A DNA stretch of 64,000 nucleotides from Camelus ferus (lineage: Eukaryota): NCBI RefSeq assembly GCF_009834535.1, contig NC_045697.1, forward strand, positions 47,122,001 through 47,186,000, given 5' to 3'. Positions 25,853-39,571 of this stretch are shown in pieces. Below the pieces are notes generated by a model. It searched no databases. It was not told the origin of the DNA and saw only the letters and a program-made list of their open reading frames with translations. The position numbers and the translations under genes are program-made. Within the stretch, counting starts at the first letter, position 1. Each line of letters begins with the position of its first letter.

Positions 25853-25890
25853 TTACTGCGAAGCAAAATAAGCCTTCAAGTGTCCCTTAC
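25853..25890 (-). CDS. BMP2K: Intron 14 read-through encoding the C-terminus of short isoform BMP2K-S
   Basis: Unspliced exon 14 continues (S)KGHLKAYFASQ-TAA; matches the human short-isoform ending as I recall it. Confidence 0.85.
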
Positions 25891-26048
25891 TTGATCTTAG
25901 AAGGTCAAATTCTCTGTCCAACAGTTCCTCTTCTGTTAACTTGGAGAAGTTATCCTCTCCAAATGGATTCCACCCTGACATATCAGGTGGGTTACTGATG
26001 TTCTTCTGATTTGTAATATTTGCAACTGCCTCTTTATCAGCAACTGAC
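25891..26048 (-). CDS. BMP2K: BMP2K exon 14 (WNPF motif)
   Basis: 158 nt, ctgtag| ... |gtaagg; SVADKEAVANITNQKNISNPPDMSGWNPFGEDNFSKLTEEELLDREFDLLRS. Confidence 0.95.
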
Positions 26049-26169
26049 CTACAGTAATAATTAAGAGAGGAAAAAGGAGAAAAAAGTTAGAATTGAAGTT
26101 TTAAAGTGTCCTGGTTCATACTTCATAGATATTTGGAAAAGCAGATCATTTTATCATGATGGAGGTGGC

Positions 26170-26400
26170 AGATAAGGGCATGGATTGGGAGGAAGACCAG
26201 CTGGGATTTGCATCACCTCCATAAAGGTCACTAGCTGTGTACCCTGGGCACGCTCCTTAACCTCTCAGGTCTCAACTTCCTCACCTGTAAACAGGAGCAG
26301 AAGTGTCTACCTCATAGGGTAACTGAGAAGATTAAATGGTTTAATACACGAAAAACAGAGAACATAAATAAATAAGCACTTAAAAATATTAACTTTTATT
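26170..26400 (+). mobile_element. MIR SINE
   Basis: cactagctgtgtaccctgggca...cttaacctctc...ttcctcacctgtaaa...acctcatagggt...gaagattaaatg. Confidence 0.75.
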
Positions 26401-28420
26401 ATCATAGTGAATAAACCTTAAAGTGAAAACCAGTTGCCATATGAAACAGTATCACCCTAAAATCACGACTGAATAAGGTGATCTTATGTCCTGGTCACGC
26501 TGAGACACCACAATAATTTTCCATTTGACAAAGGCATCCTCTGTACAGCCACCAACAAAAGGAGAACTGCTTGCACTGCTTTATGAATTGCCTAAAACTA
26601 GATGAGGGTCACTTTCTATATAATAAGTTATTTATGATGCTTAAAATATCTACATAGTCTGGAGCCTAGGACCACTGGTTCTATTAAAGTATCAAAAGGT
26701 CTCTTGACTTTTAAGAGAAGATGAGAGTCTAAAGACTTCTTAATCTAAGAGTTCGTGGGTGCCTCCCCCTCAACTCATCCTGGAAATGCAGCACAGGCAC
26801 GAGGCAGTGTCACAAATTTGTCACGTTCATTTCATGATTCCTGATCCAGACCTTCTAACATTGGTAGCGGAGGGAGAATGTATGCACTTCTAAAGAAGTA
26901 TCTCAGTTTTTCAAGCCTTGACTCATCCTCTTAAATTCTCCTTCCCCCTTGGGAGCTCACTTCCACTGCCATCACACAGGTCTTTAAAGAGAAGAAAGGG
27001 CAAAAGTTGCGCACTTAATCTTCTAGCCCAAGCCTCTTCAGTAAAGCTGAGACAAGTAACAGAATGTATGAACACTTACTAAAAGCAAGAGGAAAATACA
27101 TATGATAACTGATCTATTAAGGAAGACTAGATAGTCAGTTCTTAATAAATATAACTTAGATATCTTAATAATAAATATAATTCAGTTTAGCACTCACTCT
27201 GGGAATGCATCAGCGGCCAAGGTCTAAGCCTGCCTCCACAAGACAGAACCTCATCTCTAATTCCAAAACTATCTTCAAGGACTTTCAGAGTCCTAAAACA
27301 CCTCCCTTTCCTGTTCCACCCTCCCATCTCCTGGGATAATTTCATAATTTCACAGAAGCGGAGTAAAACAAGTCCTATACACTTTCACAGATACCCAACC
27401 CAATGTTTTCCAAACTGGGGTGTGCAAGCTGATTTTGATGATAACCTGACTCTTTAAAGTCACACAGAAATTAGGAAACATACTTATCTAACATATCACA
27501 CCTGTGGCTTCATGAACAGCATTAACTGAAGATGAGATTAAGTAGGCAGTACTTTGGGAACACACATAAGTTACAGGTATCAGCACCTTGCATACCATGT
27601 GTGCCCCAAATCTTTAGATACTCATCTTCCTTCATAACTAATCAGAAGTTCAGGTAGTAGAGAAGCTATGGGACACTGGCATGAATTCTCTCATGCAGGA
27701 TTTCTAATTCATGACTTCATTCTCATCAGGAACACAACTCTGCTTCCAGAGGCTGGTCTTCCCAGTACAAAGTATACATAAGTATATATGCTGTGTCAGA
27801 GAAGACAGTTTAATATCTTTGCATTTTCCAACTACAAACACGAGATACAATTTTTGATGCTAGTTAACATCAAAAGTAAAAAAAAAATCAATCATTAATT
27901 AATACAACAGGCCTCATCAGTATCTTAATATCAAGCAGAATACCCTGTTTTTAATGAAGAATAAAAACTATTCTATTCTTATCCCTAGAGGACTTATTTG
28001 TAGGTATGTCTTTTTTTGTTAATTTATTAGATTGCTACTTGTATTTCACAGATTATATTTTAGTGGATTTAATTTGTTTAAAATGTATATTATTTGTTTT
28101 AGTGTTATTCACAATAGTGCTATTAATTTATTAAAGAAAAAAGTTACATGAGTAAATCAAAAAAGCACAACTAGAGTAGGCAAATGACAAAGAGTTTGGC
28201 AAATACTGGGTCTTTAAACGAGCCTTTGGTCTTACGCCCTGCTCTCCACTTACAGACATACTTACTTGTTCAAATTCACGCACGTCAATTTTTGATTTAG
28301 GAAAGCACTTCAATAAATCCATTTCTTTTCTCCTATCCTCCTTCCCCTCCAATCCTTTCTCTCACTCTTTCAATCCCTGCACCTCTTTTCTTTCACACAC
28401 CGACACATATACACACACCG

Positions 28421-28444
28421 ACACACACACACACACACACACAC
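28421..28444. repeat. (AC)12 microsatellite
   Basis: Direct reading. Confidence 0.9.
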
Positions 28445-29359
28445 GGGCTGGGAGGTATACTATAGCAAACTGCAAACTCCAACCACTCTTGACATGCTCA
28501 GTGACCACCACACTAGTGATGTCACTGTTTCGCACACCCAACCCAGCCAAAGCTTGTAGACACCAGCTAACATTTCATATCCTCAAAAAGTGTTATGTGA
28601 GAATTTCTTTAGTGTTCTAGTGACCAAAGTTCTAACAGCTACTCCCTCCTATGTATTTAAAACTATCAGGATGTATTCATGAGGGTCAAAAGATTCTTAA
28701 TTACAAAACCCTGAAGCATTCCTCATAACAAAGCTAAGTTTGAACACAGTTGTATCACAGTTGTTTAACTTCTTGTGATGTTTTCAATATGAACTATCAA
28801 TGAAAAGTTAACTCCACTAACTACGGTACATAAATAACCAAAATGCACTATGGCTGTGGTAACAATAAGCCTGCCGTATCATATCATCTTTAGAAAGAAC
28901 CAAATGACTCATTACAACTTTTTGCACCTGTTTAAATTAAACCAAATTAGGCAATCTCTATGAGTATAAATACTATCAAATTAATTAAAAATAACATATA
29001 AGTAGAAAAAGTTAAATTAACTTGTCTACATGGGTTTTTTTTAACTACTAAAGTAGGTTTATTAGAGTTTTGCTTCTATTGAAATGATAAAGAAACGTCT
29101 TAACATATGAGCTAATAGTTTTCTTAGCCTTAAACGCTGCTGGGTGTTGCTAAGCCTTATCTGCACATAGCAGAATTAACTGATGAAAATGGAAAGGGTG
29201 AAAGAGATGCACAGGGACCAGCAGAGAGCACCCGTAAGAGAAGGGGAACTCTCAGAAGGATGGACTCTAAGCCAGCTCAGGAGCCACTTAGTGACTGCAC
29301 TCCACGGGAACACCCACTTTCACAATAATCTCCTTTGCATTCACTGGAAAAACACTTGC

Positions 29360-29541
29360 CTGTTGGCACCATAAGAGGAGTCCATTATGGTTCCAACCTG
29401 AGCTGGAAGCGATGAAGTGTAGGCCACTAAGGCTGGTGGGAACTCTTGAGGGGAGGTAAGGTATTCCGGCGATGCCTGTTGAGACGACTGATGTTGGGCT
29501 AGCATTTGCTGCTGTAAGAAAGCCTGCTGATACTGCTGCAT
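29360..29541 (-). CDS. BMP2K: BMP2K exon 13 (GC donor; alternative GT donor ends the exon at 29345)
   Basis: 182 nt, tttcag| ... AG|gcaagt; MQQYQQAFLQQQMLAQHQSSQQASPEYLTSPQEFPPALVAYTSSLPAQVGTIMDSSYGAN(R); phase 2 fits exon 14. Confidence 0.92.
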
Positions 29542-29669
29542 CTGAAACAGAAAATGCTGTTATACAAAACAACACTCAAGGTCACTGAAGCTGAATGAGC
29601 AGCTCACTACCAGAACACTATAGCAAGGTGGAATAAATCTATTTAAGAAGTTGTTCAGGTGGACTTATT

Positions 29670-29770
29670 GTCATGATCATTTTGTGATACACACAAATAT
29701 CACATTATTACTTCATATACCTGAAACTAACATAATGTTATGTCAATTATACCTCAATTAAAAAAAAAAA
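29670..29770 (+). mobile_element. L1 3' tail fragment
   Basis: acctgaaactaacataatgttatgtcaattatacctcaatt followed by poly(A). Confidence 0.75.
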
Positions 29771-30268
29771 GCAGTTGCACAGTTAGGCTCACCTGGCAGA
29801 ATTCAAAAATTCTCCTTTAAATAATTTAAGGAAAAAACAATAGAGTAGCTTAAAGTCACTTGGTATGGTGGTTGCTGTAAAGAAAGGTCAAACTATTCTT
29901 GGAAGCAAATGCAATTCTCCTTGGGATTCTTTCCTCTTTTTTTTTTAAATTCAACAGACATTTGCCAAATGAAAAAGATATATGGCAAAAGATCCTGGGT
30001 AATCAATAATTTCCCTATACTATAAGAGAAAAATACTGTTAGTTATGATGTTCCAAATCCAGGTGTGAGATATAGATACAGATATAGATAGTTCAGGTCA
30101 GTTTAAGCTGTGTGAGAATACATGGCTGGCTTTGTTAAAATACATGTTAATTAACTAACTTGAGTTGATTTTGAATTATTAAGTAATGAAAAATGCCATT
30201 CACACTGTGAATTCCAATACTAGAATGTATACTCAGAGAGACATCCCTAGAAATTATATAGCACCTAC

Positions 30269-30367
30269 CATTGTAGGATACTGTGATGCGGAAGGCTGTG
30301 GCTGATACACCGAATGCGTTAAAAACTGTTGCTGAAGTATCTGCTGCTGTTGCATTGCGTGTTGATA
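30269..30367 (-). CDS. BMP2K: BMP2K exon 12
   Basis: 99 nt, tcacag| ... |gtaggt; YQHAMQQQQILQQQFLTHSVYQPQPSASQYPTM. Confidence 0.94.
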
Positions 30368-30966
30368 CTGTGATTAGAAAAACAAGTTCATCAACTTTAT
30401 TCATGCCTTTTTTGTGCCACAGTCTTTCTTTTTTAAAGTGCTGATCTTACTGTAACCAACGACTTGGGTACCCAATAGTCCAGACACTGATATGAAATAG
30501 CTATAGTTAGTAAGCAACTATAACTTAAATCTGCTTATTGGAACTGGTTTCCAAATTATCAATGAAACATAACAGACTCAACTAAAACCATTTCCAGCAC
30601 AGTCTAAGGATGTTTGGAAGAAACCTAAACCTAAACACATTCACCAGCTGATGAAGACCCCTGAGTCCAGAAATCCCCACTCTCCCCTGCCTCCCCTTCA
30701 TTGACATCTTCTGGCCATCCAATGGCACCCCTACATAACCACCCTTGACTCTGGGTCTCTCAGTCAAGACTAGAGGATGGGTACCCCATGAGAAGTGTCA
30801 TGCATATAACTGGTTCAAAAATATTTTAGGAAATGATGAAGGACAATGATGACAGTTATTAAATTTAAAATAGTTTAGTGAAATTAGATATGTGCAGGGT
30901 CTGATGAGGCAAAGGACAGAACAGAACTTGAGGTCATTTTTTCCTACTTCCAATTCTAAATGCCAC

Positions 30967-30970
<4 letters not shown>

Positions 30971-31000
<30 letters not shown>
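30971..31000. repeat. (AC)15 microsatellite
   Basis: Direct reading. Confidence 0.92.
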
Positions 31001-31003
<3 letters not shown>

Positions 31004-31411
31004 AACACAGGCAAAAAAAGAAAAACAAACAAAAAATCCAAGACAATGTTACTTTTGAAAGCCTAGTATCACCTTCCAACAGTAACATTATTAGTCTGTA
31101 TATCTGAACTCAAAATGTAACCTGAAAAAGATAATATCCATCATAAAATGCAGTACTTATTCAAGAGGCCAAATGACTGATGAACAGTCTTTGCTTCATA
31201 AATCCATGATGCAACCTATTTCAGCACAGTATTCTTAAATATCTCACAGAATGCAAATAAAATACATCTTTAATAATCAGGAAATTGAGCAAAACGCTTA
31301 CTTCAATCTAGAGTCCAAGGTACCCACGGTACAAAAGGGAATTTACTGATCGTCAAGAGCCCCGTGAATGTCACCACACAACTTCCATGCCCGAAGTAGC
31401 AGAAGAGTTAC

Positions 31412-31596
31412 CTGCTGCACGTACGCATCCTGAAGCTGCTGCTGCTGCAGGTGAGGGCGGCGGTGCTGCACGTGAAGCTGCTGCAGCCTCCAGTCTCCCT
31501 GCTGCAGCTGCTGCAGGACCCGATGCTGCTGCGGGGGCTGCTGCGGGGGCGCCTGGCCCAGTAAAGTCTCAGGGCCACTGCCAGGTCTCAGGGCTC
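31412..31596 (-). CDS. BMP2K: BMP2K exon 11 (Q/H-rich region)
   Basis: 185 nt, ttttag| ... |gtaact; (G)ALRPGSGPETLLGQAPPQQPPQQHRVLQQLQQGDWRLQQLHVQHRRPHLQQQQLQDAYVQQ. Confidence 0.94.
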
Positions 31597-33009
31597 CTAA
31601 AAGGGGTTTCCCCAAACTGTCATTAACGTGCTCGCAATTTCAGTAAAACGGCTCGACTTCAAAACACTCATTTAGATCATCATTAACCAAGGCATTCCTA
31701 CATTCATTTTATAGAAACTTCCATGTGCATATGGTCTAAAGGGATTATTTACTAAAAGTACCCAGTGAAAGCTAACTTTGTCAGCAACAACTCGTGAACA
31801 AGTTCACATCTTAGAAACACGTCCTCTTTCATCCTTCATCTCATGAACGCACCGGCCAAGTCAGTTTGAAACGCTCCAGACTTCTCACCTGTACCATGCA
31901 CATTATGAGTCTGTGTCTTTGCTGACATGACTCCCTGCCACTTTCCACCCACTGCAATTCTTATCCTTTGGAGCTCGCAACTCTCTTCCTTGTTCTTCAT
32001 CTAACGCTTCCGCTAAGTTTATAACGTTTCATTCTGCCTCACACACATTCATTGTTTAAATGGCTATTTCCTAACCAGGGCCCCTGAGGGGTAAGGTAAA
32101 GACTTATTTACCGGTTAGCCCTCCAAAGAACTTTTTATATAACAGATATTTAATAAATGCTACTGTCGTGAATCTACTAACACCGTCTCCTAAAAGGGTA
32201 TTTATGTCTAAGCTTTGTAAATCTTATCCTAGGGAAATTCTATGAATAAACTTTTGAAATAAACAGAAAAGGATGAGACAGACAACATCAAAAAGAGGAA
32301 ATGCAATCTACTGTAATTTCTGTATTCTCTTTCAACAAGTCACTGTAAATTGAAATATGAGTACCTAGTCCTAAGGGGCGAAAAGGAAGGAGAGCGCAAG
32401 GAGGGAGAGAAAGATTCTTTCTCATCAGTGTTAATGTCTTCAACACTCCACAGGCCTTAAACCAACACCTGTATGAAAATCCTTCTATAACTATTTCTAA
32501 TTCTTCCAATTATAAGACAAATGTACATTTATTTTCATTATTCTTGAAAATGTTTATAAAAGTACAAGGAAGAAAATTAAAACCATAATTCTGCCACACA
32601 GACATAACCACCATTAGCCTTTTAAGCGTCTTTCTTCCCAGTCAGAAGAGTATGAAAAAGTTCATCTCCTCAGCTGTACATTCATCATTCAAGGCCCTGA
32701 TGTCTAACTGGAGGACACGTGTGGCTGCAGGTGAAGCCCAACACAAGCCAATGGTCTTCATGCAGTGCCTTATAGAACTCGCCTTCGACCCCACGAACTG
32801 TGACTTCTCTTTAGTGTTATCGAGCGGAAGAGAGCTCCCTGCTTCCCAAGCCAAGTCCACTGAGCACTAGAGAACTCCCAAACAGCATCACAACAACCCC
32901 ACATGAAAACAGTGCTTGCAAGAATGTCATCAAGTTCTTATACTGTTATTCCCCGATTTGCAAAGGATGAAACTGAGCCTCACAGAAGTTAAGTGAATTC
33001 ACAAGTGAC

Positions 33010-33850
33010 GTTAAAGACAAATGATAAACTGGAAGAAAATATATTTGGCAATGGACTAATATTCAGAATACATAAAAATAAAACCTTTGAGGCAATAAAA
33101 AATAAAAGTCAAACAATCTCACAGAAAATTACAAAAGACAATTCATAGAATAAATCAAATGGTCAGTAAACATTAAAGAGTCCTGTTAATAAGGAATATT
33201 AAAATAAAACCAAAAATGTTTCCCCTATCAATAGGGAAAATTTTTAAAAACCAATACTGTCAAGTGTTGGCAAGGACAGGAGCAAAAGGACACTCACACT
33301 GTGAATGGTGCTGTCACAAAAATTTCTTAAGTCCTCTTTTGATGGCAATTTGGTCATATCAGACAAATTTTAAATGAGTGTACTTTTTATTATCTTCCTC
33401 AGAAAAATTCTCTTAGATGGAAATCAAGAGTATGATGATAAAGATGTTTACCACAACACTATTAATAATAGCAAATACTGGAAATTAACTCAATGGTTTT
33501 ATAAACTATGGGACATTCATACAGTAGAATATTACGTATCTATTAAAAACTACATAGATCTATATGCACTGATATGCAAAGTTCTCTACAGTATATTAAG
33601 TTTAAAAAAATCAAGTTGTGGAGAACTATGTATAGTATGAATCCATTTGAGTTTAACCCAACATGAGTTATTTGTATCTATGTATATTCATGCAAGAACA
33701 TAAAAAATGAATGGGAAGATGTGGACCAAACTGCTGCTAATTTACTCTGGGAATAAAAAGAATGGAAATCTATATTTTTCTGAATACTACTGTATTATAT
33801 GAGTATTTTTTAGAAATATATTCATGTGTTACTTTTTATATAATATTTAA
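33010..33850 (+). mobile_element. Old L1M 3' region
   Basis: caagtgttggcaagga...cactcacac...ggcaatttgg...aaactatgggacattcatacagtagaatatta. Confidence 0.65.
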
Positions 33851-33927
33851 CAGGAAAAGAAATGTTAAGAGATGTACATATAGGGGGGAAAAAAGAGTAT
33901 TTTTTTTTCCAACTGAAGCTGGAAGTA

Positions 33928-34399
33928 TGTAAGAAAGAGAAATGCTGCCCCTGACAACAGGCAAGCCCAACACAGTGAGGTGGTGGTGTTCTTCCGATAA
34001 ATGCAAACAGTTTTACAGAACACCACCACCAGACAAGGCTACCCTGTGATGGATCAGGATAAGACCACCCCTTAATCAGGTCTCAATGCTGACAAAATCA
34101 GGAACACTGTCCAAACCACAAAAATGGCCAAACCTCTCCCAACCCTGGCTAACACGACTGAATGCTGCTTCATTTCCAAATGAGGCTTTTGCTTCCCTCC
34201 TTCTAGATAAAATTTAAGATACCTAATGATATTACACCCTGCTTCCACAAAAGTACCTACAGCAAGCCCAAATCCTTTAATAAGAGTTTTCAGACACCAT
34301 CTTACTGAGACACTCCCACAGATTTCCAGGGTATCAGAGTAATAAACCAAATTTATTCAACTATAAGTGTGTTCCTAGTGGTCTTTGGCTGGAGGATCA
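33928..34399 (+). mobile_element. Probable solo LTR
   Basis: TG...CA ends, 472 bp, AATAAA at 34341-34346, flanks aagta/aaata as near-identical 5-bp TSD. Confidence 0.55.
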
Positions 34400-35299
34400 A
34401 AATACACGACAGATAAGACTAATAGGATCCCCAACTCCAAAAAGTAGAAAACCATCACTGAATGTGTCCTAGGAAACAAAATTCTCCTGGATACCACGAA
34501 CCTTGCTACTTTCTTTTCATAATAATAATAGTAGATGTTTTCCCACTTTACAGAAGAGAACAGTGAACACAAAAGACTTTAAATTCTCCTTTTTTCCCTT
34601 TTCTATAGAATATTCCTCCATCTGGTATTCCTGATCCCCACAGATATATGCAGCAATACATCTGGTAACATAAATACTGCCTTCCCTGAGCATTTGCTTT
34701 ACTTAATAGTAGAAATAGTACTTAATAGTGAACATCTCTTAAGGACATATGCAGCAGGCATTATATTAAGCAGCCATTTAACCCTCACAACAGCCATCCT
34801 ATGAAATAGGTACTAGCATTTTCATAACATCTATTATTAAAAAAAAAGGGAGAAACAGGATTCAAATCTAGGTTCATGAGACTCAAAGTGTGGGCTTTTA
34901 ACCATTAGTGTATCCTAATTTAAAACATTTTAAATGAAACATTTTAACATTAAAACTTTGAAAGGCCAGAGTTTCAAATTCCTCCTTTCCAATACAATAT
35001 AGAATTTTCTATGCTCCTGAACTTTATTATCAGCCTCAAACCCCACTAGTTGATGACTTTAGGGGTAAGCAAATTGTAAGCTTTTCGGACCACACTTTCA
35101 TATTGCCAGTAACTTTCCTTTGCTGACAACTTCAGGAAAACAATTTGTTGAGTTTATCAGACATCAGCAGCTTTGTTTCTTAAAGCAGATGTGATATATC
35201 TGCTCCACAACACTAATAATTAACATTGCTCGGAAATCAAGCCATAAAAGGTTTGTTTAAGTTAACTACAAAGGGGATGAGGTTGGCAGGGCGTGTTAC

Positions 35300-35460
35300 C
35301 TTTTGGTCTGTGGTTACCAAATTCACCAGGAGCAGGGACTTTAACAGGGGTTGCTGAACTTTGAATGGTCAGCACACTGGGAGTGGCAGTAGTGGAATTG
35401 GCCTTTGGTCTTTGTCTTGGTGCAATTGAGGTTTCTGTTGGTCCAATGGTATCTGTTATT
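35300..35460 (-). CDS. BMP2K: BMP2K exon 10
   Basis: 161 nt, tcgtag| ... |gtaaca; [53 protein letters not shown]. Confidence 0.95.
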
Positions 35461-38400
35461 CTACGAGAAAAAAAACACATTTCATTTCAAATACTGGGAT
35501 TACTTCTAAATTACTGGTTTTATAAAGCATCTATTTCAACAGATGCCTATTTATTATTATTAATGACCATGTTAGCCCTCTTGGCTTCTTCCTAAGTCTC
35601 CTTTTCAAACATTAAATGTTTAATGAAGATAGGAAAGTAAATAAAAATAAACCTAACCAGTTTCCTCAAGCCGGTATGCTATCATTCACAGTCAGCCACT
35701 GAGGCTGGCAGGAAAATAGTAGAGGATTGCTCTTAAGGAGATAAAATAAAGGAAACAAACAGAAGCCTTCTCGATAAGGTTTTGGGCAAAATCGAGAGCC
35801 AGCTTTCTAAACCAGTCAGAGAAATAAAAACAAGAAGCAACAATAACCGTCTCCCTTAGCTTAGACTCTCAGCCTAAGAAAGAAAAGATCACACCCTAGG
35901 GTGCGTAACACGCAAGAAGCCAAAACTATTAAAAGGTGGAGCTACCAACTCACATTCAACTTGCTGGATCTTTAACTTTGCTTTACTTAAAACAGTGAAT
36001 GGAAATTATATAAAACTTTTCCCACTAGTTCTTAGTTTAGGCCACAGATGGGAGTGGTCAAGTGTAAACATAGTTTTAAAAGCAAGAGACACTACATATA
36101 ATTTGAGAAGATACAGATATTTTCTTTTCTTTCAAAAAAAAAAAAAGCCAGGAAAAAATCTTACACTTACATATTTATGAACCCTGCTTTCTATAAATTC
36201 CAAATACTCAAATACTTTAATAGGGTCTATGTTCACTATTCAAAAGGAATGCAATGCAGTCTCTTTACTAAGGTTCCTTAGCACATTTTCAAATGATCTG
36301 ACACTTAACATTTTTGCATACACATGCTTTATCAAGCACACATCTGCTGCATTTAGACAAAGTCCTGTCCATTGTTAACTGCACAGATCTACAGTTCTTG
36401 CCTGTATCTGCAGATACCACAAGAGGGAGCCCTGTCAACACCTATCTTTCTAAGAAAGACAAGAAGTGAAATTGAATGAAAAGATTTTGGAAAGTCAGAA
36501 ATACATTGTGTGTGTACTGTTTTCTAAAAACAAAAACATTTATGTTTTATATGGGACGGAGATGGTACAAGTCATATGAAAACTGAACTAAAAGGCAATA
36601 AAAGATCATGTATACATATAACCAATTACCTCTAATTTAACCTAATCAAGTATTTATTGAGTTCAAATTATGGATGTGGGCACTAAAACCAATGCTGTAT
36701 CCTCCAAGCTCAAGTAAACTGTGGAAAATATTACACACAATATTTCTATTTGTCTATCCATTCTTTATTAAGTGGGAAGTATAGGCCAGACCTTACCCGG
36801 CCTCGTCCCTGTTCTAAATCACTCTATAGAGGAGTCACAACACACACGAGCACAGCAAACCTCTAGAAAGCATATTAGAATTCTGCAGACTTTGTTTAGT
36901 CTACTGTTTCCTGATTTATTTTGCTAATGTACGAATATCTATTATGCAATTATTACTGATATCCAGCAAATACAGCGAAGTATCCATCCTTCAAAGTTAC
37001 AGTCTACCTACGAAGATATGGCAGATGTTTATGAAAATATAATAAAACATAAAACAGTAAAAATAATCAACACCAAGCCAGCACTGGCAATTGTTTCATA
37101 GAGGAGTAATTCTACCTTTAACCTAACTCAGCTAGGGAAGGCTCAGGTGAGAACTGAAGATGAAAGATGAGTATGATTCCATCAGACAGTGAAAGGAACT
37201 ACGCAGTCTGTGTGAAGAAATGGGAAGAAAATGCCTGGACAGATTAGGCAAAGTGAAGATACAAACTTAACTAAAATGAAAGACCGAGTAACTACTGTTA
37301 CTCGGAGCCACGCAGCCTCATATGCACTATTACAGCAGACCCAGAGCTGTTTTTCCTTCTTCCTTTCTTTTCTTTCTCCCTCACAATCACCTGAACAATC
37401 TTCCTAAACTACAAACTCTCTCTTAAAATTCTTCACTGTTTCCTTCTGCCAGGACAGTGATTCTCAACCCTCCCATCTTTAAGATAAAGTCACATAAGTT
37501 TCGTGTGTTTAACAGTCCGGAGAGCAGATGTAAATCTGGGGAAGGAGGTAGGGAGGTTTTAAGAAGTAAAGCAAAAGTGCCACAGATTGAAGGGTAGGGC
37601 AGGCAGATAATACTCATAAAAGCTTTAAAACATGTAAATAATGATACTAGCTACTTAGAGATGTCTCCATTTCCCCTCTGGAAATATGCCTTATACATAA
37701 AAAAAAAAAAAGATTAACAACTTTTTAACATTTAAAAATTTTCCAAGTACTTTACTGATACTATCAATAAAAACTAAATTTATATTATTGATCAATAAGC
37801 ACCAACAAACCCTATTTTTAATACACATAATGTATAGACTTAACATACTATGACTAGCACTGTGAATTTTAGTTAACTATTTCATTATTTCATCTGCTTA
37901 TAATTATATGGCTAAAACTTGTGTCATGGTGAAATGATATTCAAAACATCATCCTTATTCAGTTGACTCATGCTTTTTAAAAATCTATGCCTATTTTCTT
38001 AAAGATTTAATCATTGACACAATAATTATTTGAAAACACAAGTAACAATAAAATGCTGCTGCCAAGTCCTACGATTGCACGGCTGTGTCAACAGATAAGA
38101 CAGACTGTCAGTCACCCTGGAATTCCTGCAAGTCAGATGTAACTTTACTCCTTCGACTTTTACTCAAACGAATATTTTAAATTCAAGTGAAGAATAATAT
38201 TTCTTAGAGCAACACCATATTTTTTTTTTAAAACTAAGTCATTCCCAAGTGATTTTTCAACAATTTGCAAATAATAGAATATTTGTAACACATCTTACAA
38301 CCAAGTCCCAAACAGCAGAAGTGACTACAAGGTGAAAATTCACTGGCCTAACGGCCAAAATCCAAATTTCTCAGCATGCCATATAAACCAAGTTGCCCTG

Positions 38401-39491
38401 ACTGGCATTCTGTTCAAGTCATTTCCCACCACTCCCGTAGAACATCCCCTTATCAAACCCAGCCTTGCAGGTTCCCAAAGGCTGTTCTTGCTTGAAATGC
38501 CTGCCTGCTGCAGGCTCACTCCCCCTCGTTCCAAGTGACTTGACTGCTCGTCCTTCAAGGAGGAGCTCAGCAACCCCCACCCTCAGGGAGGGGATTCTTC
38601 CCACGCGCCTGCTTCCTCTACCCCCAGTCTTTCCCCTCCTCCACTGAGTGGTCTGATACCTATGAAGCTGTAATTGTTCACTGGTCTATCTTCATTAAAA
38701 TGTGAACTCCCTGAAAATAAACTCTGCTGCTTCTTTGTGTTCTCAGTATTTACATCTTGCATATAACTAATGTATGACAAATATATTTTATGTATTTTAT
38801 ATCAAATAAAATACTCTACGTAAGTAAAATATAATACAAAAGAACTGTGACCAAGAAATCTCCCCAAATGTAATATTACACCTGTCTGATTATCTAAAAC
38901 ATAGTCCTTAGTTTATTAACTTTTAGACTCTTTAAAAAAAAAAAATTAGTCATTAATTCAATCATTTGTCAGATTTAGGACTTAACCTGTGTAATTTGTA
39001 TCAAATACTAATGTAGTAAATAATAAAAATTATTTAAAATATTATAATCTCTTTATCAGTCTTAAAAGTATTACCACTATACCATTCATACAAATTATAC
39101 AAAGATATTTTTTTCTTTCCATAAGTTAAAAAAGTCATACTGGCTATCAAGCAAAACATAAAATTTCATAAATTAGTTGCCATGTGATGAAATAAAGACA
39201 ACCTCCCCCCAAGTAAAATGACCCAATGTAACATCACCAGTTACACAATCACTTTGTGACTGCTGAGACAGAACAGTTCAAGGGAGATTGATGTCAAACC
39301 CTGTTATCTAATACAAAAAAAAAAAGCTTATTTTGAACTTGCTGTCTAAGCTCCATACCACATGCAATAAGGAACACAACACTTTTTGTGGGTGAAGAGC
39401 GTATTTAATCAATGACACTTGCTAGGATTAAAAATGAGAACTGCCCTTTTTTAAAAAATGCCTTTTCAAATTTCAGCATAGCTTTGCCTAC

Positions 39492-39571
39492 CTGGCTTTT
39501 ATTTGGCTTTTCCTAGAAGCTGCTTCACTAGCCGTCATCGGTTCAGGAAGAGTTGAAGGAATAGAAGAATT
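39492..39571 (-). CDS. BMP2K: BMP2K exon 9
   Basis: 80 nt, tccaag| ... |gtaggc; NSSIPSTLPEPMTASEAASRKSQIKA(R). Confidence 0.95.
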
